A stretch of DNA of 12,151 nt from Archangium sp. (GTDB lineage: Bacteria; Myxococcota; Myxococcia; Myxococcales; Myxococcaceae), in the NCBI GenBank assembly GCA_031367385.1, contig JANLPS010000323.1:1-12151 (forward strand). The letters are read 5' to 3'. Within the stretch, counting starts at the first letter, position 1, and each line of letters starts with the position of its first letter. Positions 6,508 to 12,151 of the stretch are shown one piece after another. The position numbers were made by a program, and so were the translations under genes. Below the pieces are notes generated by a model. That model was given only the letters and a program-made list of their open reading frames with translations. It was not told the origin of the DNA and searched no databases.

Positions 6508-8867
6508 GTGGTGACTCCTTCTTTGGGGGCCAGAGCGCTCGGTTCGACCGAAGCCGCCACCCTGGGCACGCCCAGGCGGGTACCGGTCAAGACAATCAAC
6601 GGAGGCAGCAGCAGCACCTCCGCCAGCACCCCCGCGACCATCGCGAATGAGGTGATGAACCCGAAATTGAAGGTCACCTTGAAGTTGCTGGCCATCAGCG
6701 TGCCGAACCCAAGGGTGATGATCAGCGTGATCCACAACGCGCCGACGCCTTTGGTGGCCATCGTGTGGCGTATCGCGCGCTCGAGGTCTTGGTGCTCGGC
6801 CAGACCTTGCCGCATGCTCTGAATGAAATGAATCGTGTCATCGACCGCGATGCCGAGCACGATCGCGGTCGTCATCGAGGTGCCGACGTCGAGCGGTATG
6901 CCCAGCCACCCCATCAACCCCAGGCACGCCAGAATGGGGAAAATGTTCGACGGCACGGTGAAGGCCGCTGCGCTCAACGACCCGAACACCAAAATCATCG
7001 GCAAGAAAATCAGCGCGAACGAAATCAAGAAGCTCGAGGTCTGCCCATCGAGAATGTTGTTCGTCATCACGATGTCGAGGTAGGTCGCCCCCGTCACCCG
7101 AGCCTCGTAGCCAGCCGACGCCGGAAAGTGGCTCTTCAGGTACTCGTTTATCTGCGAAAATCGATGGGTCAGCACCGCTGAGCCCGACTCCGTCGTGCGT
7201 GCACCGACGCGAGCCCACATCCACGACCGGTCGACGAACTGAAAGAGCCGATCATCGCCATTGAGCAGCACCAACTGCGCGACCTGCTCACGCGTCTGCG
7301 GCAGGTGGTTCGCCGACTCGCTCTCGTCGTTGAACGCCCGGTGCATCAGCCGAACGTGATCAGCCACCGATGCGGTCATCGTGGCCTTGACCTCGAGCGC
7401 AAGAAACGCCTGCAGGGCTTCGAGCTTCTGCAGCTCGGCCGGGTCGAGAAAGCGGTTCTCGTCGTGAGTGCGAACCGAGACGATGATCTCGTTGCTGCCT
7501 CCAAGGTGGGTGTTGACCATCTCGGTCGCGCGGCGAATCGGCAAATCACCCGTGAACTGGTCGACCGTGCTGTGGTCGATCTTGAACCAGATCAACCCGA
7601 TCGACGAGATCACCGTGAGCACGCCCATCGCGCTGAGCACCAGCTTGGGCCGGCGAATCGCCAGATCAGTGTACCGATTCACCATGCGCTCGACGCCCGC
7701 GCTGGCGGCGATGCCGCGCGATGAGATCAACCGCTCGGCTCCGAAGTACCGAACCACCAGCGCGAGCATCAAAAAGCTCGTCGCGAAGACGCCCATCACC
7801 GCGATGGCCGCCGCGATGCCGAACTCTCGCATTGCCGGTATTCGGCTGAAGCCGAACGACACGAACCCGAAGGCCGTCGTCAGCTCGCACATGAAGGCCG
7901 GCACCAAGAGCTCCTTGAGCGAGACCTCGGCGGCCCGCTCAGGCCCGACGATCTTGGTGTTTCGGGCGTACTCGGTCAGAAAATGAACCACCGTCGCGAC
8001 CGAGAGCACCATCAGCATCGGAGGCATGATCGTCGACAGGTTGGTCAACGAGCCGAAGACCGCCAGCGTGCCCATGCCGAAGATGACCGCGATGCTCGCA
8101 TTGGCGAACGCCAGCACCACGCCGGCCACCCGCCGGGTGAAGACGAAGATCAGCAGCGACAACATCACGTACGTGACCGGCACGAAGCGCTTCAGGTCGA
8201 GCATCATGCAGGTGTTCGAATCGCTCTCGATCACGGGCCCGCCGGTCACGAAGAACTGCATCTGCGACCCGGAGTGCTCCGCCAATACCCGGCGTACCGC
8301 TACCACCGCACGGGCCCGCGCCTCGTCGTTCGACCCCCGCGCCAGCCGCACCATGATCGCCGCGACGTTGGGCGAGGTGGCCGACAACAACCCATCTCGA
8401 ATCAGCCAGTTCGACCTCGCGTGCGCCCGAATGTCTTCGAGCGCGGCCGTCTCTGATGGCACCTCGTCGGGCACCAATAACACCGAACGAAAAGTCGAAT
8501 CAGCCCCTCGAACGTCTTTGACCGTCGACACGCTCACCACGTCGTCGATGAGCCCCTCGCCGGCCGCCGAGAATTGGTCGCCGATGACGCGAATTTCTTC
8601 GAGGTTCGCCTTCGAGAAGACATCGGCAGCCTGGTAGGCGACGAAGATCACGTCATCGCTCACGAATTGCTGCTCGATCGTCTTCAAGAACAGCTGGGCC
8701 GGGTCGTCATCGGCGACGAAGACGCGGGTGCCCGACTCGAGCCTCAACAGCGGCAATGCAGCCAAGCTCCCGACCACCAGCAGCGCCAAAACCCCTGCGA
8801 CCTGGCGTGGCTTGTTCACCAACCACTTCGCGGTGTGCTCCGAGATCTTCTCTAGCCCAGTTGACAT
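6504..8867 (-). CDS. MMPL-family / RND-superfamily inner-membrane exporter
   Basis: 787 aa with two repeats of (1 TM + periplasmic domain + 5 TM). Motifs VTGGPV, LTTAFGF.SF...IPAMREFG and LGIAVDDTIHF. Confidence 0.92.
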   Translation of the reverse strand: MSTGLEKISEHTAKWLVNKPRQVAGVLALLVVGSLAALPLLRLESGTRVFVADDDPAQLFLKTIEQQFVSDDVIFVAYQAADVFSKANLEEIRVIGDQFSAAGEGLIDDVVSVSTVKDVRGADSTFRSVLLVPDEVPSETAALEDIRAHARSNWLIRDGLLSATSPNVAAIMVRLARGSNDEARARAVVAVRRVLAEHSGSQMQFFVTGGPVIESDSNTCMMLDLKRFVPVTYVMLSLLIFVFTRRVAGVVLAFANASIAVIFGMGTLAVFGSLTNLSTIMPPMLMVLSVATVVHFLTEYARNTKIVGPERAAEVSLKELLVPAFMCELTTAFGFVSFGFSRIPAMREFGIAAAIAVMGVFATSFLMLALVVRYFGAERLISSRGIAASAGVERMVNRYTDLAIRRPKLVLSAMGVLTVISSIGLIWFKIDHSTVDQFTGDLPIRRATEMVNTHLGGSNEIIVSVRTHDENRFLDPAELQKLEALQAFLALEVKATMTASVADHVRLMHRAFNDESESANHLPQTREQVAQLVLLNGDDRLFQFVDRSWMWARVGARTTESGSAVLTHRFSQINEYLKSHFPASAGYEARVTGATYLDIVMTNNILDGQTSSFLISFALIFLPMILVFGSLSAAAFTVPSNIFPILACLGLMGWLGIPLDVGTSMTTAIVLGIAVDDTIHFIQSMRQGLAEHQDLERAIRHTMATKGVGALWITLIITLGFGTLMASNFKVTFNFGFITSFAMVAGVLAEVLLLPPLIVLTGTRLGVPRVAASVEPSALAPKEGVTT

Positions 8868-8885
8868 GCTTTGCTCGATTCAGGG

Positions 8886-9803
8886 TCAAACGGGTTTTTC
8901 GGCCAGCGCGCCCTCGAGCGCCTCGAACTCGGCTGAGTTCATGTCCATCACCACTTCTGGCCTCAGCCAGGCCAACCGCATCGCGGCGCGGCGGTGGGCT
9001 TGACGCAGCGCCGCGAGCTCGTCGCTCGAGCCCGGCAGGGTGATCTGCGGGTGCCGAGTCTCGACGAAAAAGGTGAACGGGTTGAAGCCAGCCGACGGGG
9101 GCTTGCCAGCAAACGCCCGGCCAAACTCAGCGTGCGCGGTCTCGAGCGGCAGATGAAGCGCGCACGAATCGGAGTTGATGCCAGGGTACCGCAGCGAGAC
9201 CTCGGTCAAGGGCACGAACCGCAACGCCGCTTCGTAGAACATCGCAATCTCGGGGCGCACCGCGGCCACCAGGTGCATGACGCCGAGCAGCTCAGATGCC
9301 GTCTTCCACATCGCTTTGTAGAGCAGCATCGTCAGGCCGTGATGCCGGTGCGCCGGCTTCACCGCGAGCGCGCCGATCTCAGCGATCAAGCCGCCCTTCG
9401 CGCGCAAGCCCTTGACCGCGTCGCCATAGGCCGTCTCGAGTGGCAAGCCGAGCTCGGAGTCTTGAACAAGCGACAGCGTGGCGACCACTTCGCCCTCGAC
9501 CAAGGCCACAAAGCGCACCGTGGTGGGCAACATCAGAAACGACGTGACCCGCACCGGCACGCCACGCTGCGGCACCAGGCCCGTCTCGACGTACGCCTCG
9601 AACAACAACCTCGAGGCCTGCTCGTGCTCCGACGGCGTCTCGGCGATCTTCACCACCAGCTCGGGTATCGTGTCGGTCTCGGCGTGAATTCGTTTCAGCA
9701 CCATCGGGTCGCGAATGCCCCTCGGCAGGCGCGACGTCATCTCGAGCGTGAGCTTCTTGAGCCGGCGGCGCAGCCAAACCCAAGCACTGGGCGCGTCAGC
9801 CAT
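8886..9803 (-). CDS. GNAT-fold N-acyl amino acid synthase (FeeM-like) protein
   Basis: ATG 9803 overlaps the FHA gene stop (TGATG); 305 aa. FeeM/NAS-like pattern: KIA....E.E.A.RL...AY...G, T..FVA...GEVVATLSLVQDS..GLPLE..Y...V..LR..G..IAEIGALAV, and LVAAVRP....FY. Confidence 0.8.
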   Translation of the reverse strand: MADAPSAWVWLRRRLKKLTLEMTSRLPRGIRDPMVLKRIHAETDTIPELVVKIAETPSEHEQASRLLFEAYVETGLVPQRGVPVRVTSFLMLPTTVRFVALVEGEVVATLSLVQDSELGLPLETAYGDAVKGLRAKGGLIAEIGALAVKPAHRHHGLTMLLYKAMWKTASELLGVMHLVAAVRPEIAMFYEAALRFVPLTEVSLRYPGINSDSCALHLPLETAHAEFGRAFAGKPPSAGFNPFTFFVETRHPQITLPGSSDELAALRQAHRRAAMRLAWLRPEVVMDMNSAEFEALEGALAEKPV

Positions 9804-10381
9804 CAGTGATCTCCGACGCTGCTGTGCCGTACCGACTCGAGCTGCAGAAACAACGTCGGCGTCGTGACAAACACCAGGTTCGCATCGCCCACGCGAATCA
9901 GGTCGCCGTCTGCCAGCTCCGTCGCACGCAGCACCGGCGAAGCGTTGCACAAGGTGCCATTGAGCGAATTCGCGTCGGCCAGCCAGACGCCCCGTGCCCA
10001 GTGCAAAGCGGCGTGGCGCTTGGAGACCGACTCTTCGCTCATTCGCAGCTGCGCTTCGGCGGAGCGGCCGATGAGCGCGTTGCCCTCGGCGCCCCCGATG
10101 AAGTCGATCTCCATGTCGCGAAAAGCACGCAGCATCAGCAACGCATCGCTCGCGGTGCCCCGGGAGCCGCTGCCCAACACCGTCGCGGCCGAGCCGAACC
10201 GCAGCAACGCGCGCTCGACGAGCTCGTCGGCTGGCAGATGCAAGAAGGCCGCGCGACCCCAACGAGCGACAAATGCGCGCACGGTGGGCTCAGGGGACCG
10301 GAGGAGCGCGCGAACACTCGAGCGCACGGTCTGGTTCGTGGTGGGTGCGGGTGATTCTGAGGGTCGGAGCTCAACGTGCAT
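9803..10381 (-). CDS. FHA domain-containing protein
   Basis: ATG 10381 with a GAAGAGG RBS; 192 aa. FHA signature residues are intact: IGR, SVSKRHA, D.NSLNGT, DGDLIRVG. Confidence 0.9.
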   Translation of the reverse strand: MHVELRPSESPAPTTNQTVRSSVRALLRSPEPTVRAFVARWGRAAFLHLPADELVERALLRFGSAATVLGSGSRGTASDALLMLRAFRDMEIDFIGGAEGNALIGRSAEAQLRMSEESVSKRHAALHWARGVWLADANSLNGTLCNASPVLRATELADGDLIRVGDANLVFVTTPTLFLQLESVRHSSVGDH

Positions 10382-10416
10382 GGGTGACCTCTTCGAGAAA
10401 TGTGATTGCAACGAAG

Positions 10417-11328
10417 CTAGGCGGCGGTCTCGGGCAACGACTTCACCAACTGGCCACGCGCCAGGCGGCGGCGAATGATCCACATCATCAGGCGCTGAAT
10501 GGGGTTGCGATTGCCCCATGGGCGCCAGGTGCGTGCGAGCTCGTTGCGGTACGAGTCGTATTGCACCGCGTGAGGCGCCGCATGCACGCGCCCCCGCTTG
10601 AGCAAGATCTTGATCGCCTCACCCGCCGCCACGCCCGCGCACATCTGGCAAGACCCACCAATTGATGGGCCGGCGCGCTGCCCCAGCTTCACCCGGCTGG
10701 CGTCGGCAAGGTAGGTGCGCTGCAACATCGCTGGCGAGAGCCCCACCATGAAGCGCAGACCCTTCTCTTCGTCGGTGACGCCCTCCCAGCCGAAGTACTC
10801 CTCGAAGGTCATCTGCCCCGGCAGAAAGTTCACCATCGCCACGCCAATGCCCAAGGGCGCGACGATGATCGCCGGTATCTTCAGATCGGCCAGCGTGCGG
10901 TACACCAGCTGCCGGGTCTCGAAGGCAAAGTAGTCGAGCGCGTCGACGTACAGGTCGACCCCTTCGAAGAACGCCTTCACGTTGTCCGGCTGAATGCCTT
11001 GGGGAAACAACCGCAGGTCGAGCTCAGGGTTGATGTCGAGCGCGGTCTGACGCATCACTTCGATCTTCTGCTTGCCGATGGTCGACATCAGCGCGCCCGA
11101 CTGCCGGTTGAAGTTGACCAGGTCGAAGGTGTCGAAGTCGGCGATGTTGAAGGCGCCGATGCCCAGCCGCGCCAACGTCACCAGATGAATGCCGCCCGAG
11201 CCGCCCAACCCGCCAATCGCGATGCGCGAGCGCTTGAGCTTCTGCTGCTCGGCTTCGGTCACCCACCCCAGATTTCTCGAAAAGGCCTTCTCGTATTCGA
11301 ACCCAATCGTCGGCGCGGGAGCGGTCAT
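10417..11328 (-). CDS. ThiF/MoeB/E1-family adenylyltransferase (stand-alone)
   Basis: FSRNLGW...EQQKL, nucleotide-binding GGLGGSGG, IADFDTFDLVNFNRQ, GKQK, VDALD and C-terminal GPS...SCQMCAGVAAGEAIKILL. Start chosen at ATG 11328; 11364 and 11367 are possible alternatives. Confidence 0.9.
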   Translation of the reverse strand: MTAPAPTIGFEYEKAFSRNLGWVTEAEQQKLKRSRIAIGGLGGSGGIHLVTLARLGIGAFNIADFDTFDLVNFNRQSGALMSTIGKQKIEVMRQTALDINPELDLRLFPQGIQPDNVKAFFEGVDLYVDALDYFAFETRQLVYRTLADLKIPAIIVAPLGIGVAMVNFLPGQMTFEEYFGWEGVTDEEKGLRFMVGLSPAMLQRTYLADASRVKLGQRAGPSIGGSCQMCAGVAAGEAIKILLKRGRVHAAPHAVQYDSYRNELARTWRPWGNRNPIQRLMMWIIRRRLARGQLVKSLPETAA

Positions 11329-11389
11329 ACTCAGTCGTTCCACGAGGCGAGGGCGAACTTCCATCACGTCGACAAAGACCGCTAAGCCA

Positions 11390-12067
11390 TCAAGGTTGCT
11401 CGGCTTTTGGCTTTTCGCCGATCACATTGAGGGTATTGCCGGTGCGCTCTGACGCGACGATGGCGAACCCCGCTGTAGTCATGTGCTCGTGCACCTGCGC
11501 CTCGGTGAAGACGTCGTGCAAGATGCCCTTGCGCATGCCCCAGGCGTTGATTCGGTTCGACAGCCACTTGAGCGGCGCCGCCCCGCTCGGCACCAGCAGC
11601 GCATTGACCGCCAGCCGGCCCCCGGGCTTGAGCACCCGCGAAAGCTCAACCAACCCCGCCCCCACGTCGGGGAAGCAGTGCACCGCGTTGGCGATGTTGG
11701 CCGAGTCGAACGTCGCGTCGGGAAAATCGAGCCGGGCCACGTCGGCTCGAAGCAACGTCACGTCAGGAGCCTCTCCGAGCCGGCGTCTCGCGCCCGCCAG
11801 CATCGGCTCGGCATAGTCGAAGCCGACCGTGTGGGTGCGTGCCAGACCGCGCAATGCGCGCCACCGCCGAATGATCGAAAACAAGGTGGCCGTGCCGATC
11901 GCCGCTTCGAGGTGGCGCGGGCCCATGTTGGCACTGAAGAACCGCACCTGCGCCCAGAGGCTGCTTCGATACGAGAAGCACAGAATGAAGAAGCCGCGAA
12001 CGTCGTACCACCACGGTGGCGAGTCATACGCTTGTTCGAGCTTCTCGAGGCTGAGTTGGTCGGTCAT
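11390..12067 (-). CDS. Class I SAM-dependent methyltransferase (UbiE/Methyltransf_11-like)
   Basis: Motif I-like HLEAAIGTA, GFDYAEPML, ADVARLDFPDATFDS and ELSRVLKPGGRL. ATG 12067 is preferred over the TTG at 12109. Confidence 0.9.
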   Translation of the reverse strand: MTDQLSLEKLEQAYDSPPWWYDVRGFFILCFSYRSSLWAQVRFFSANMGPRHLEAAIGTATLFSIIRRWRALRGLARTHTVGFDYAEPMLAGARRRLGEAPDVTLLRADVARLDFPDATFDSANIANAVHCFPDVGAGLVELSRVLKPGGRLAVNALLVPSGAAPLKWLSNRINAWGMRKGILHDVFTEAQVHEHMTTAGFAIVASERTGNTLNVIGEKPKAEQP

Positions 12068-12113
12068 GCAAGGCGGTACCCTGAGCGGGGCTCCACCTTC
12101 CTTCGCCAAAGGC

Positions 12114-12151
12114 TCAGCGGCCGCCCAGCTCGGTCTTCAGACGCAGCGCAT
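12114..12151 (-). CDS. Possible 3' end of an upstream gene (partial)
   Basis: Minus frame ...GCG CTG CGT CTG AAG ACC GAG CTG GGC GGC CGC TGA (ALRLKTELGGR*) with high GC at third positions. Too short to identify. Confidence 0.35.
   Translation of the reverse strand, partial: ALRLKTELGGR

Noticed and set aside
6508..6735. N-terminal extension of the LolA-like ORF
   Set aside because: Overlaps the MMPL 3' end. The GTG at 6507 has an AAGGAG RBS and a signal peptide.
9804..10262. N-terminal 153 aa of the 458-aa ORF (apparent long acyltransferase or FHA fusion)
   Set aside because: Low-complexity Arg-rich translation overlapping the FHA gene in another frame. The real start is the coupled ATG at 9803.
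10417..11328. ThiF as a thiamine/molybdopterin enzyme, RiPP maturase (MccB/PaaA-like) or E1 of an anti-phage ubiquitin-like system
   Set aside because: No sulfur carrier, rhodanese, RRE domain, precursor peptide, E2 or JAB gene is visible. The neighbourhood points to the acyltransferase-linked type.
1..12151. CRISPR array, rRNA or long tandem DNA repeats
   Set aside because: No regularly spaced repeat-spacer units or rRNA-like sequence seen by eye.

Overview
GC-rich window whose gene content (Cys-rich lipoproteins with DGG/DAG motifs, FHA protein) suggests a myxobacterium; the taxonomy is an inference. Every intact gene I can support is on the minus strand. From the right, a tightly packed cluster runs: class I SAM methyltransferase > stand-alone ThiF/MoeB-type adenylyltransferase > FHA-domain protein > FeeM-like GNAT (N-acyl amino acid synthase type) > MMPL/RND exporter > LolA-like periplasmic carrier > outer-membrane beta-barrel with an extra N-terminal domain > Cys-rich lipoprotein. 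It reads as a candidate system for making, modifying and exporting an N-acyl amino acid-derived lipid, with possible phospho-Thr control. Next come tRNA-Gly(CCC) and tRNA-Glu(CTC), each with its own sigma70-like promoter, and a terminator. These are followed by a PstS-like Cys-rich lipoprotein gene split by a frameshift in a C7 run, and a secreted-protein gene apparently cut by an IS21-like terminus at 141. All family calls come from motif recognition by eye; no database searches were run.
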